Notes under the pieces: model-generated
The model's database searches: none
What the model was told of the DNA's origin: nothing
What the model saw: the letters and a program-made list of their open reading frames with translations, nothing else
Made by a program: the position numbers and the translations under genes
Shown here: positions 37,601-52,267 of the stretch, piece after piece
How the letters are laid out: every line of letters starts with the position of its first letter
Numbering within the stretch: position 1 is the stretch's first letter
NCBI GenBank assembly: GCA_973895155.1
Contig: OZ316894.1
Span: 805,968 to 869,967 of the forward strand
DNA: 64,000 nt
From: Marsupella aquatica
Taxonomy: Eukaryota > Plantae > Marchantiophyta
Reading direction: 5' to 3'

Positions 37601-39977
37601 GACAGAGCAGACTGCGGACAGCAAACCCCCCCACCAGGGAAAGTTGATGGGAGCTATGGCAGCCGCCATGGGTGCAACTGCTGTCGTGGCAGGTTCAGCA
37701 ACTAGTACTAGCGAGGGCCAGTCTGGTGAAGGCAGTGACCACAAACTGGTCCCAGGGATTGCAGAGAAGGCAGTTTCAATTGTCTCTCCTGTGATCCCGA
37801 AAACGGAGGATGGGGAATTGGATCATGAAAGGTTAGCTCTGTTCCTCTTCACTTTCGCGAAAGGTTTCCGGACGTTAGAAACACATTAAGGAAATAATCC
37901 TCTTGCCGATCAGACATGATACTTGCAAATTATTTCATTGAGAAACACATCGGATATATTCTTTGAAGGTTAAGTATTGTTAACTGGCAGGCTAGTAGCA
38001 GTGCTGACAGAAGTGGGACAGAAGGGAGGACCTCTCACTCTGATCGGCAAAGTTGCTCTTTTATGGGGGGGTCTACGCGGTGCAATGAGCCTTGCAGACC
38101 GTCTCCTTGCTTTTTTCAGAATAAAAGAACGGCCACTCCTTGAGAGGTATGCGCGTGATGTCCATCCCACACAATCACAGTCACTACGAGGTTATGTGGA
38201 AAAGGAATCTGAAAGTTACACACCTGGTCCATGCCAACTCAGATGCATTCGTTATTTTACGCAGACCCGACTTCAGTGTACAACATTAATTGGGCATTCA
38301 CATACAAAATCGGATTATATCAGCTGACTTTAGGAACGTCACGAAGGGTCTCTTCACTTATAGAGATTGACATGGGAGCGACTTTGAATTTAGCTGAAGA
38401 GCTTTTTCTACGATCAGTGTCTCCTTAAAGTTTTAATGTTGTATATCTTAGTGACTGTGCAGGTATAAAGTTTCGTTCTGAGATACTTGTGCTTCCTCCT
38501 CGCGCCGTAGGTAGGATTTGAAACCTTTTGAGTTGATGTCTGGGCCCCGACGTGATGATTACAGGCTTTTAGGATTTGGAGGGATGGCTGTACTATTGTG
38601 GACTCCAGTGCTGGTACCACTTCTTCCTACTCTGTTGCAGCAGTGGGCAACGAAGTCTCCGAGTGGAGTTGCAGATGCTGCTGCAGAAATTGGTCTCTAT
38701 GGTGCTGTTTTCATTCTGGTGACGATATGGGGCAGGCGAGTTCGTGGCTACGATCGACCCCTTGTTTCTTATGGACTTCAATTGTTCTCGTGGCCAAAGG
38801 TAACTCCTGTCCACCCAAGCATCCTTATGTCACATTACGTTTATTCATGATCGTGACGGTCCTGTCTATCGGTTGTACTTCCTTTTTTACTGCAAGAGTT
38901 CTTTTACTGTCGCCGATCACGTAGAACAGAGGAAAGAATTTAAAATGCCAAAATGTTCTCCCCGGATAGGCCTTCAATACAGTAATGGCTGTGATTGTTA
39001 TCGTTGTGCGTTACCATTCCTCTAGCGCCTTATTTGATTGCACAGGCAGGAACTCCTTGTACTGACTGGCTCCGTGTCCAAGACGCCGCATCTTTAGACA
39101 ATTTTCTTAGCCAAGTTGCTGTATCCTCGTGCGTCACTTCTGTGCTTGCGTGGCCCCTTACCCCTCCCCTTACATATAATTTACATGAACATGTTGATGC
39201 AAATTTGGCGCTCTATGCTCGATATGCTAAATTGTTGTACTGGTTTGCTTCCCTAGCTACGACGGGTTGCAGGAGGCTTGGCAATTGGACTTGGTATGGT
39301 ATCAGGTTACTATGCCATAAATTGGGTACTGGGCTATTCGCAATTCACATGGGATGCGATTGTTGTAACGAATCCAGATTTTCCAGGAGCGCTGGCACCT
39401 ACCATTCTTACATCATGGAAAGTGTTGATGTTGGTGACTCAATGTCTAACGAAGGCTTTTGCTGTAGCACTAGTGGAAGAAGTGCTTTTCAGGGCTTGGT
39501 TACAGGACGAAATTGCTGCTGACCTAGGGTATCACTGGGCCGTGATCCTGTCAGCCCTCGCCTTCGCAGTTGTCCATTGGTAAGTGTACCGAAAGCCTTA
39601 GATTTTGTTTATCCTTGCCAATGCGATGTCTCGGTTGCATAAAATGTTTTTTTTGGACTTTTACAACTAAGGCGAATCTACTCTTCAGGTCTCCCACGGC
39701 GGTTGCGGGCCTTTGGTTTTTTGCGGTCGCTTTATCCGGTGCTCGTGCGAGAACGAATGGAGATTTGAGTTTGGCGATTGGAATTCATGCTGGAATTGTC
39801 ACTGCATTCTCAGTGATGAATCTTGGAGGATTGGTTTCTTACATCCCAGAAAGCCCTACGTGGATTACTGGAGGGTACGCTGGAAATCCTTGGGCTGGTG
39901 CCTTGGCAACAGGAATGGTTGCTACCTTGGCGATAGCACTCTATCCACGGCAGCAGGCAAAGTCAGAGGAAAAATAA
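31615..39977 (+). CDS. Alpha/beta-fold (EMB8/YheT-like) + long low-complexity linker + C-terminal CAAX protease (CPBP/Abi) protein, AT2G03140-type; probable plastid transit peptide
   Basis: Exons 31615-32591, 32964-33246, 33606-33791, 34039-34191, 34287-34538, 34684-34926, 35094-37831, 37991-38146, 38565-38799, 39257-39579, 39689-39977. Motifs DGGTVALDWP, NPRGCGGSPLTTPR, WLTAVE..KGRHP, ALTGFDDSTQMAV; CPBP LVEEVLFR, FAVVH, IGIHAG. Confidence 0.9.
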
Positions 39978-40747
39978 TTTTTTAAGATACAATCAGATAG
40001 CAACAGAGAAGCAAAGGATCTACAAGTTGTGACAGCCGCTTGACATATTCTTGGCCATAACCTTGTGAGTAGATCGAAGCACGTTAAAGACCTGTCCTTA
40101 TCACAGCAATCTTGCATCCGACTTTGCCATTCACGGCAATTCTGAGGACGACTCCTTTTTTTGACGGGGCTACTACATTGATTTCCTTTCACTGCGACTT
40201 GAGTGTGAAAGGAAGAAGGCAGGAAATAAAAATTGACGAATAACAGGTCTATCTATATTGTCGCAGTTGCAGCAACAAGAATTTGAATAGAAGCCACCCA
40301 AGTGATCTTGGTATGATACTTCTTTTCATTATGGACATGCAGCTTGCTAAAAGCACATCCTGATTGAATGCACACCCGTCAAACAAAACAGAGATGTGGG
40401 AGTAACGGCTACCTCCCCCCCACCCACCCGGCGGAAAAAACAAACAAATAAACAAACCGGCTATACAATCGCATGTCCCTTACCTTGGCAGATCAAGCGC
40501 TGCAGTCTACAGACACATCTCTTGAGCCTGTTCTAAGTGCCAAAATAAGTTTGCCCGTCCTTTGAACGTTGTTTTCGAGACAGATATGGCCTGGACCCCA
40601 GATAAGGCGTAAATAGTGGATTTCTGGCACTCGAGTTCACGGTACTACTTCGAACAACTTCCATTTTATCTGTGAGTGAGTTATAAACTAGGATCGCAGT
40701 CCTGGTTTGGTAGGTCAAAGACGCCCTCATTTGCGAGTTTTCACTCG

Positions 40748-40975
40748 AATGAACTTTCTTCGTTTCATTCACAGTTCGGAATGCATTTCGAGTCTCAAAT
40801 CGGCTGTCCACGTATCTAGGAAACCTGAGTCAGGGATGCAGACGCCGCACCACACTTGCGGGTTCTGACTCAATGAACTTCATCGTTTCAATTACAGTTC
40901 GGAACACAATTCTAGTCTAAAATTGACTGTCCACGAATCCAGGAAACCTTAGTCAGCGGTGGACAAGCCGCACTA
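40748..40975. repeat. Diverged tandem duplication of about 125 bp
   Basis: aatgaactt..tcgtttca..acagttcggaa..ctgtccacg.atc.aggaaacct.agtcag occurs twice. Confidence 0.7.
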
Positions 40976-42329
40976 CGAAATCCAAATCCCTAGAGCAAAC
41001 TACTAAAAGGCAGGGAAGTTTCAATAGCCCAAACGCAGAAAAGTCAAAGGGAAATTAGATTGCTCGCATCCTAAACGCAAAGAGGGTGTTGGTGGTACGA
41101 GGGGAAGGGAGTTTAAGGTTTAGGGGGTCTCGCCCGGAGAGCATGTAATATAGTTATCCGTCATTCCCGTTGGACGAGACGCTACATTTGAAAGAAGGAA
41201 CTTTACCTTTTGCCTGTCCGATCAAGTTTTCGCATAAAACTGGAATCACAATCCAAAATCGATAGACCTGTGCCTCCGTCTGGTTTCACACCAAGCCAAC
41301 AAGTCTTTGCGTTGAGGTGCACACAGGTTACTATCAATCGGTGTAACTCTTCTCCCGTCACGTCAGTCGATTCTTTGTTCACCATTACCTAGTTCCCTTC
41401 GGGAGTCATTGCTGTCCCAATCAAGCTCTTAGACTTGAACCAGGAGAGCAGTTCTGCAGTTTCATTGAGGCCTCCCCTTAGCTTACAACAAAACAATTTT
41501 CATAAGAGACACAATCTGCAGAGGGACAGGGAGAGCACAATCCAGAAAACTTCTCTACTCATCACTAGAGGGTGACGAACTCCCAACACGAAATTAACTG
41601 ACATCTCCTACCCAATTTCTTCTCACGGTTGTCATCATGATGAAACTCTGCATGTGCCTGTGATCACAGAGCCTCATTTGTGATAAACGAGTATAGAGCC
41701 GGTACAGCATAACATCTTAGATTGCAGCAATCAGATCATTTGGGAGCACGGAAACTTAAGCTAAGAAAATCTGCCTGCTGCGTCCTACAGGACAAATGTG
41801 CCCGCAAATTACACCCTTAACAGATGAGAAGCACCCTCAGGAAAGATACGAATGACTTCCTTTCTATTCTGTTGTTCCAATATCCACATCCGATGGCTCT
41901 TCTAGCTTTGAATCCCGGATCCTGGCAATTATTGCAAGACCTAAACTGATTTGCAGTACTTCAAATGTCTTTACTTGACCCTATATACGTCAAAGGGTTT
42001 GTGACTGCTCTCTCCATCCTGCTTCTGCCTTCGAATCTCTCCACATACCAAAAACCCCACACACAAAAACTATAAGAGTCGATGGTAACCAGTACATCCA
42101 GTCCTAAACATTCCTATCAGTTTAGTCATAAACCTCATCTTCTGAATCATCACATATTGAACTTCTACTGGGATTGTTACTGATCTCCCTCTCGGTAGAC
42201 TCGGCATACTCATCTAAATATTGGGTAACTGTCCCCGCCTCATTGTCTACAAACCTTGAACAATCCAGATATCTACGAGCTCCTCTGTTTGAGCGAAGTC
42301 CTTTCGCCTCCATAGAAAGTGTCTGTCAT

Positions 42330-42485
42330 TCGGTTATTGTTTTCCAATGTCAATGTGCGGAGAGTCAAGTATGGAATGCATATCAGAATATCATGCATGA
42401 ATTTTCCTCGGTTATTGTTTTCCAATGTCAATGTGCGGAGAGTCAAGTATGGAATTCATATCAGAATATCATGCATGAATTTTCC
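42330..42485. repeat. Near-perfect 78-bp tandem duplication
   Basis: tcggttattgttttccaatgtcaatgtgcggagagtcaagtatggaat.catatcagaatatcatgcatgaattttcc occurs twice. Confidence 0.92.
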
Positions 42486-45400
42486 TTGTTATAATACTTT
42501 GATTTCTGTAAGAGAGGGAAAACTGTGAAATTTGGCCATTTTTTTCAAGTATTGGGTTGTGACTTCGACCAGAAAATATGCCTCGCTAACAATACTGCCT
42601 CGCTAGCAAAAACTCCTGGTTGCTCGCACCATAGAATTCCTCCTCAGTCAGTATGACTTATGTGCACAACTATTCAATATCTTTATTCTATAAAATTTGT
42701 ACTTTTCCTGATCATTATGTGTATTTCTTTGCGTGTGCCCTACTTTTACTCTTGTATCACACTCATTGTTAGAATATACTTTTTTTTCATATAGTATACT
42801 TCTACTATTGTATTTTGCTGTAAAAAAATTAGATCTCTTACACATATCACTACAAGACAAAAAAAACAAAGCATGCTGGAACATCTAGATAAACCCTAAC
42901 CCGTAACTCCTGCCTTGATGGCCTGCATACTTTCAAAACTGCCCCAATGAACCCCATATGACACTACTGTACAAATTATTCTTCTGTGGGGTGTAACCAC
43001 AGTGTACACCATGAGACTTTAGTTAACTGTGTCATATCACCAAGCATATATAGTTGACGGGGCGGTCTCCTTGTATACCAAATACATCTTCCCATATGTC
43101 TTTGTATTGGTCGAAAATTTGAATTTGTAAACCTGGTTTTACACCAAATCTCTTTTGTTTCTCATTGACATTGCTGACTCTCCTTTTCTCATACTCTGGT
43201 TGTGGCATCATATCTGGCTCTTGTGACTCGGTGGATTTTTTGTGCAAAGAGGGAGTCGATCATTTTAGGTAGGTGGGGTGGGATTGTTTGTGCATACAAG
43301 ATCATAAGGTTTGAGAGAAAAGACAAATTGAGGTGGGTACCTGAAGGCATTGATAATACGGTCTTCAAAGTAAATATCTTACCTCATCTATTTTTAAACA
43401 ACACAGGATGTAGAGGTTCAACTCAAATTTGGTTGTGAACGTGTGAACCTCCAATGTTGATACCCTCCTGCAGTGTTGTGTGGTAGGCACAGTGACTTTT
43501 TGGCTATCCAGATGTGTCACAGGCATCACAAGTGATTCAAAATGGCCACAATGAGAATTGTGGCAATGTATACAGTAGTTACTTCTGAAAATATGGTGGT
43601 ACAAAAATAATCTAATATGAAAAAAATTGTCTTGCAAGAGCTGCAGTTAGATCTTCTGAAACAAATGTGTCATGAGGGGCCATTTATTAAAGTCTGTGGT
43701 CCATCATGGCAGGAGTTGCAGGGTGGGGGTTCATCAAGCAAATCCCTTGATCAAGATACATCCTTGGTTGCAATCAACACTGGTCCAGCTCCAAGAAATC
43801 AAACATAATGTTATCAAAAAACTCAATAAGGGATCCCTGATCTATAATCCTTCATAATCACAAAATACTATTGTCTGTTCCGGTTGCTGTCTAACTTGAA
43901 TTGCTGTGGAAAATGGTAGCTCCCAAGTTTTGATAATTAGTTCCAAGTTAATTATATTTCAAGATATAAAGCCATCATTTCTCCAAAATCATTTGGATTT
44001 GTTAGTAGTTTGCTCGAGAGCCTTGATAGCTTACTAGGATACAACTTAGCCACAATTTTGGGATACTGAAGTTAGGCTAGTGGAGAGGGGTGCACCCTTG
44101 TCAGAGCACTTCATTGTGCTCATACTTATTATCAATTTTAAGAATAAGAGACTGAGAGGAAGAGAAGAGGACTTGTCATAGAGCACTTTGCAAGCTTGCC
44201 AGGTTATGGCTGATGTATTGAGATTGTGAATAGTGATTCTTCTCTCAACCGTGAACGTACCCCAGATGAGGTGAACCACATATCCAAATTTCGCTGTCAA
44301 TTTCTGGGTGTACTGTTTCCATGTGTTTGTGTTGTGCAACATTATCCCACCAAGATTTCCATGACAAGTATTTTGTCTTGAAAAATGTCGTTATTTTTAT
44401 TAACTTGAGTACTAAATTAAGAAACATAGGGATTGTAACAGAAAGCTAGACACAAGTACATGCCCAAAAAATAATGTGCCAATTAAACATAAGGGCCATA
44501 GGTTGCTATAAAGTTGGCATGAGTTCTTCTTTCTTTTCTTCTGAAGAATAGTGGTGTGAGCGTTCTAGCTCCGACTTGTTAATGCCCTAAACAAGCTGTC
44601 CAGCGGTACACACGTTCCTCCCATAGCAGGTGTTTAATTATGCTCTCTAAATTAGATTTATTTTTATATTTATTAAATAATAGATATGAAATTAAGAATG
44701 GGACCACTTGAAACTCAATCCTATAGAACATTAGCTAAAATAGTTGGGTGGACCATTGCATGACATAAGGACCACTTCGAAACTTAAACCACCACCAGCA
44801 GTATACACCAAGAAGTGTCCAAACCTTCCTCATTTCTTCACTTTTCAGACGCTCCCCTACTCTACCGTGCCTGCCTGGTTCACAATTTAAGGAAGGTGGT
44901 ACTAAGTGTGCTTAGTTCTGGTATTGTATTGTCATAACTTTGCGAGGAACTTTGTTGTAACAGGTTGGTGTAAAACCCTTCCCCATTTTTCCATTTGTGC
45001 ATTGAATGGACTTGAAACAATTTTGGAACAATCTCCATAGATGCAATATAGCCTAGGACTTGGTAATCTTACTACTATAATAACCTATCCCGCCAAAAAT
45101 GGTGGGTCTTCCGTTTACAAATCACTTTTGGAGGGAAATTCCATGACCATTAGTTAACTTTTCATTAGTCAAAAAATAATCTCCCTAACCCAAAGCAAAC
45201 AAGACAAAGTATTTTGGTGTACACAAAGATTCTGTAAAAGGGGCATGATGAACCTGTATGTGAGTGCCATGTGTCATTGGGATGGGGACACTCGGGACAC
45301 CATTATGAGGGGATAGAAACAAGGAGACATCAAGTTCAAAGTAGGGAGGGGAATTAATGATGCACCCATGGGTGAAGGGATGAATAGTGTCATACCCTCC

Positions 45401-46689
45401 CCTAAGTACAAGATAGGGGATGAGACAAAGTGGAGCAAAGAAGATGAAAATAAAGAAATTAATCTGTGGACCCCCATGTTCATCCATGAATGTGTGTGAT
45501 AAAGTGAAATCAATTTTCTACAAGGCAACCAATGGTTTTGAACCTCCTGGTGATCTTGGTGTGTGCTTGTATCAAAGAGAACGCTCAAAAAGATAGAGGA
45601 GATCGATCTGGTTGAGATGATCTCTTTGGTTCATCAAACCAAAGGTTGAATGTGGAGAAATTTTTTGGACGGTTTTTGCTCACATATTGGAGAAATCGTG
45701 TTTCTACCATTCTTGATTGATTGTTTGTGAGTTACGTTGAGCATTGCCGCCACAAGACGGACCAGAGAACATCACTCAGCTGTTGGCAAAATGGTGCTTG
45801 TCATTTTGGTGGGAAGAACACACAAAACGGACGAGCCATCACTTCACATACAGGTTTTGTAGTTTTTTTAGTTTAAGAGCTATTGTGTGAGGGGGCACCA
45901 ACGATTATTTCTTTGACATAGAGGCTGCATTTGGCGTCAGCCTGTGTTCAGAGTGAGCTTCGTTGAAGCTTGAAGGAATGCAAACAATTGAAGTCGAGAA
46001 GCAAGCGTGCAGACAAGCGATGACGACATAATCAAAGAAATCAATTTGCAGTGGCTAAGTTTGTGATGGTAATGGGATTGTGATGTCTCTTAATAGAGAA
46101 AGGGTTTCCAGTAAGCCTCGGATGGACAATTTTTGTCAAGTTCCAAATGAGTTTTTGAATATCTTTGTCTTTCCAATGAGTGTGACAATAAGAAAGTTTC
46201 AACATTGAGTCCGACATTGACAAATTTCATGTCAAATTTTGTCACGATGTTAAAGAGATCATGAGGTTTTCATCTATGAGATCTAGTCGTCAAGAATTGG
46301 AGAGATCATGAGTATCCAAATTTCTCTAGCTTTCCAATGAACTTAACATTGATAGATATTGTCAAGTACTAAGGAGATGATGAGTTTCTAATTTTGCTCT
46401 AGTTTAGTTTCCAATGAGTGTGACATTGAGAGATTTTATCACGACAATACTAAAGAGGTCATGAGTTTCTAAATTTTGATCTTGAGCTTTCCGATGAATC
46501 CAACATTGACAGATTTTATCAAGTACTTGATTATTTTTACAATGTGGAGCCAAAGGGGTTCTAACTATGTACATTTCCATGTATTACTTTTTTAAAATTT
46601 GCAAGCAATTATAAAATACAAACATTTTGATATAAAACACTGATATATCATTGACAAACATTAGAATAGTAACTTTATTTTACTAAATG

Positions 46690-48160
46690 ACATCTAGTGG
46701 TGAACCTAGCCACCCAGCACCCACGCCTAAGTGCCCGAACGCCTCCACAAAATACCTCAAGCAAGCAACCTAGTGCCCCTTGCACCACCAGCAGCCCCTC
46801 CCATACAAAGCCGCACTTGCTCTCCAACATGACTGCTACTCAACGGTCCTCACTGTATGCACAAGCAACCAAATGTCTCGATAAGTAACCCTTCAAGATC
46901 TAGAACTCCCCAAGTCTAGCATCCTAACTCAAGCTCAACAGACATTGGTAAGTAGGTCAGCAATAGGTCCTCCCGATGCCATAAGCCGGAACCAAAACCG
47001 ACGCCCATTGTTGCCCAGAATAGCTCCTTCCTTGGACACGGTCAGGTTCCCCCTCGTACCTATCCATCACCAACTGACTGTCGTGCCCGCAGGACATGCT
47101 CATGGCCCAAATAGCGTAGCTTGTCCTAAGCTTGTCCCAACATGCCGGGACTAGAACGACCCTAACTTTAACAACTAATTCCTGGTTCTCGCTCCACTGA
47201 TGGTCTAGGGGCCAAGTGCCCTTGGAACTCAATCTTCACGCCTACTTGGCCTTGCCTCCCCAACGCAAGCTCCCTTGAGAAACTGAACACGGCTTGGCTG
47301 CTGTTTCGACAGGATTTGGTAAACGGGTGAGCTAACACCCACAACCCCAAGAACCTACAGCACCCCCAGACCCAGCTGAGCTCAGGGGGATGTATTCCTT
47401 CTTGAGAGATTTCAACGCATCCAAGAAGTCCTCTAACGGACTTCCTGTTGGGAAGTTATCACCGATTCCGTTTGGCGTTTTCCCTTAGTGTCGCTATCTT
47501 CGCGGCTCATGACTTTGGCTCGCCCTTAGCCCTCAGGGTGACACCACTCCTCTCATATATGTTTCTGGAGACCTGCCACCCCATACCAACTTTGGTCCTC
47601 AAACTTTTGGTCCACAACCCGGATCCTATCTCGCATGTCTAGGTGCGCCACCAACTGGCAACGTCCATAACTTCCTAGTTAGGCGTCCGCAAGCGGAGTG
47701 CCTTAGCCCGTTGTGATCGGGCCGACCCAGTGCTCATGCCTAGGCCCTTAGATCTCCTTGCCGCTTGGGGCCCCGATCGGCCAAACCCGGATCGGGCCAT
47801 AACTCGCGCCCCAAGCGTCCGTTTCCCATGGCGTCAACTCCATTGACCTTGGGCCCAAGAGGAGCTCTCACTCAAGCTCTCAAAACTCAAAGTCTGTCCC
47901 GGTGTCCGGACGGTCAACCTTGAGCTTGGCCCTTTTCCCCTTGACCCAACCAACTCTCATCTAGTCTAACTAAGTCCTTAGTGTGTGTCACTAGCTTGGC
48001 ACCTTGCCTTTGCTAGTGCCACGTCTCATTGCCCACAAGTCTCCCCATGCTAATTCCTCCCCGAATGGTCTATCCGGGCCTGGACCATAAGGGAGCTTGA
48101 CGTCAAAGTCAACGATGCCGAAGCTAAGTGTTAAGGTAGTCAAGTTCCGCGACTCATCTC
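46690..48160. repeat. Interspersed repeat, inverted homolog of the 22025-28990 host repeat
   Basis: Multiple reverse-complement matches to 22025-22870 and 28780-28900. Confidence 0.75.
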
Positions 48161-49172
48161 TTCCTTTCTATTCTTATTTTTTTAAGTTCAATATTTACAG
48201 CATGGCGCCCCAAAAATTACGTTTCTATTGCCACAAACAGGAATGTGCCCTTTGTTACTGTCATAATTAAGATATTTCCTGTTTGTGGTTAGTTGTGCTC
48301 ATGTGGCGCAACCTCGTGGCAGGGAATTTGCAAGAGACCTCTCATGGGGGTCCGTAAATAATAATAAGACAACATGAAAAAAGAGGAGAAAAGGGACACC
48401 CTTGCCTTACATTGGTTTTTTACGGGTCTAGTTAGAGGCTCTTGTAATTCTGAAAATTCAGGGAAAAATCCACATCATCTCATAAATTCTTAACCATTGG
48501 ATCTATGTAATTGGACTATCTAGATTTTTATCATGTGTGAGCACTTGTGTGAACAGTTAGGTGGGACAAAAGTGTCACTTCAATTCTCAGCCATTGGATG
48601 TTTATGATTGGAGCATCTAGATGCTTTGCATGTGGAACACATGTGGGACAAAAATGAGAACTAATGTCAGATTGCATTAGATAATGTCCATGCATTCATA
48701 TCATGCCAAAATAGATGCATGTATATTTCTCTCCCATTTTTCTTAAACCACAACTTCCCCTATATAAGGGGAAGTGTCCAAGACCTCCCCCTTTTTCCAC
48801 ATTTCAATCATTGTTCTCCTCTAGCATGCCAGTTTGCTCCACAATTTCAAGAAAAATCTCATTTTAATGGTAACTACAGGTAACCCATAGCTTTTGAAGG
48901 GCAGTTGTGGTTTAACCATACCATGCCAAAGTGAATTCATGAGTGTACAGTTAACTTTCCCCCCATTCCACGCCTCCACATCTATTCTCCACCAAATCAT
49001 CATCATCAAACACTACAGTACAAGTTCCCCTCCCCCCCTAAATCCCCCTTTTTTCTTTAACTTTTGTCCTTTATAAAATGAGGAAAGAATGTGAGTAAAT
49101 CATAGCACTTCATCAAAAAATAAACTTTTTTGGTGCCATCAGATCCACCTAGACACTCCTCCCACTACATGA

Positions 49173-49425
49173 TGATTGGATATTATGCACAACTACCTCA
49201 ATATCAATCACCCATTTACAATGTTATATAATCCCTATAATCAACCATTAAAGGGCTCTACAAAAATATTTGAAGTTTTGGATGATTGGACATTATTTGA
49301 CAATATTTGGGAAGTTTTGGTTGATTGGAATTGAGCTAGTTTTGCATAATATCCAATCACCCAAACTTCAAATATTTTTGTAGAGCCCTTGCTGGTTACT
49401 TATAGGCATTATATAACATTGTAAA
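49173..49425. repeat. Foldback / overlapping inverted repeats
   Basis: 49215-49290 pairs with 49352-49425, and 49173-49202 pairs with 49330-49359. Confidence 0.8.
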
Positions 49426-49785
49426 AAAAAACTCAACTAAGATTTTCCCCCAAGTCCTTGCAACACTTAATTGTTCCCATTTCTTAAAAAAAATGAGGAA
49501 TGAAGAAAAATAGTGTTGAACTTGATGGCAAGCTCAAAAATTCCAAGATGAGTGAGAGAAAAAAGGGAAATAAAAAAAGGAAAATTACTATTATTGATTC
49601 GAGAATTTCATCTCAACTTGAACTATTGAAAGTTGCATAATCTAAATATATACTTTGCCAGTTTTCTTGCCATCTTCTTCCATGATTGTTGATTAAGGAA
49701 ACTAGCTCTAGTTAGCTTGAAATATTTTGAATGTCTTGAACATCTAACCTGGTTTTTCCATTGGATTGTCGTCCATGTCCTCTAC

Positions 49786-52267
49786 TGTAAGTGCAACACC
49801 CTTTCCAACCCTTGACAGTGGATTAGTGTCATGCGATTGACATGGGTCTTAACACCAAAAATGTCACTATGGCTGCCAAAACCATCTCCTTGTACCTGAG
49901 GATCACGAAGGGATGTTGTGAAGGCCGGGAAACACCAATTTATGCCCTTAACACCAGACTATCGTACCAAGACTCTATCACACATCACCCAAGCTCAATC
50001 CCAAGGAACCAAGGTTGGGGATCAGATCTGCGCTCATGATAGTTCTGGTGAGAAGGGGTCTTCATATCGGGCCCGTACACAGGGCCTAGCGCTACGGTGC
50101 GCATTGGTCTATACGTATGCTTACTATCATAGGTATGTTTCTATTCCGCCGCCGGAATGTACCCATAAACCAGTGACTCCTGACTGATTCCCGGCTTAGG
50201 GACTTCTAAGCCATTGCCCCACCACTCTGCCATTCCACTCTCAGCAATTAGAGCTATGACAGTCCTCACCCAGCCCGCTTCAATGCACCCTGTACACCTC
50301 TCAGTGGCGCTGCTAGTCCCATCATACACTCAGATTGCCTCACACACACACACATCCATGAGAGAAATGAGGCCTGAGAGGAAAACTCAATTAGATTCAT
50401 AGATGTGCACAATAGTTCACTGAGAACACTTGATCCGAACACTAGGGCCGAAGGCTGTCTCCTCCAGATTGTGACGTGCTTGCCATGCAAGCTCAATCCT
50501 GAACCTGAGCCCGGCTCACTCCAGATTGCGACGGCAGATTGGACTCGAAGCAATCCCGTACTTGCCTTGCAAACTCAATCCTGAACTCAACCTCCTTCAC
50601 TGCACTTCATTCTTGGGGGCACATACAGATCTCACACCTCCATTTCAGAATGTCAAGTACGCATGCACGGTTGACTCGACTTCAAAGCTGGTACCAGGCC
50701 TAACGGCGATCTACCCCAGACTGCAATGAGGCCCGGCCTCACGCTTGCCCTACAAGCTCAGCTCTGGCCATAGATCCCTTAGTGCTCTCCACCAGACAAA
50801 GGCCGGGACTCCCCATGGATCACGTAGCCTTGCCAGACTAAACTGTAAATGCTCCTCCTGTTGCCCCTCAATCAGTGTCTCAGCCTCCCTAATGTGCTCT
50901 GTATCGGGGGAAAAGAACCCAGTTGTGCTGCCCACTAGAAAGAGCCACAATCCAGCTCGCAAACCTAGCAACCCGTTGTTGTGAAGCTTGGCTGATTACT
51001 CCCTGAGTAATAGCACCACCAAGCTCTCCCCAACACGCAGCGTCCAAGTCCAGCCTTGCTTGCACAGAGCTCCTCCCTGCTGCTCAGTCTACGTGAGATC
51101 ACACAACTGAAGTTCCCCCCCCTTGCCTCTACTGGGGGCTGCTCTATATACTCTCATACTGAGCCCAAATGGATGGATACTACGCTGCTGGAGCCCCATC
51201 CCAGCCCTAACAGAGCCGCCACTATCTCTAACTACTGAACCCTAACTCGCAACTTTATTTCTATCTCGAATTGGCTATGTACTTCGGATTTGGCCCTCCT
51301 CCATGGTTTTTGCGAGCTTGCGCATCCTCTCCCGATTTCTCTATTCAACCATTTGCTGCGTGGCTAGCAGCGTTGGAAGCGGCTTGAGCTCCTCTTTCCA
51401 ACGAGGTCAATTATAGCCAATTTGGTCAAATACACAGAGAGTTATGCCCCCGCAACCGAGAGGGGGTACTCACTGCTGCGCTAACCCGAGTTACATAGCT
51501 AACCCGAGTTCGGCTAACCTAGCTATCCTATCTAACCCGAGTAGAGCTAACCGTGGTCTTGGGTTAGGCCGCTACCTGCTATCCGCTATCCGCTAACCTA
51601 GCCTAAGCTGAGCCCGAACCCGAGCTTACCTATGCTAACCTGAGCCCGAGTTTAGGCTAACCCGAGTTAAGTCTAACCCGAACCCGGGTTAAGCCTAAGC
51701 TGAAGCTGTGCTTACTTGAGCTAAGCTGAAGCCGTGCTTACCTGAGATAAACTGAAGCCGTGCTTACCTAAGCTAAGCCGTGGCCGAGCTTGGGTTAACC
51801 CGAAACTGAAGCTGAATCCGCTAATTCCGGCCACAAGTTAACCCGTCACACTAATCAGGCCGTATCTTTCTTAATACACCTCCGTTTCTCGAGTGTTTTA
51901 TATCGATTTTACTCGCCTTGACCAAATCTTTCCAATGCTCTTTACAGATCATGATTTGGTGACATATTGAAAGAGATATGGTCATCAATCACCCACGACA
52001 TAGCTTTTATTTCCCTACTCTTAACGCCATGATTGCCCTTATTCTTGCCATCTTGCTAATTGTTATGCAATATCAATAGCTACTCCTTGCATACAGCAAC
52101 CTACTTAATCAGATTACAAAATAAGGACCACGTCATTGGCGTCACAATTAGGTCTCTTAGTTTGCTCCCACTCCGCCCGTCCTGATTTGAATCCTGGTTG
52201 GCTGGCCCACTTCCGGTTCGCCGTTCATGGGAGGGAGAGCATATTGGCTAACTTGAGGATGGTGACA
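49786..52267. mobile_element. Probable LTR-derived sequence with an internal GCTAACCCGAG-type microrepeat tract (51480-51850)
   Basis: TGTAAG start, GTGACA end, GC-richer non-coding interior. No TSD found, so the boundaries are uncertain. Confidence 0.4.

Noticed and set aside
42640-44560. Degenerate coding remnant
   Set aside because: No recognisable motif in the frames examined.
51480-51850. Interstitial telomere
   Set aside because: TAACCC occurs only within longer irregular units, not as tandem TTTAGGG/TTAGGG.
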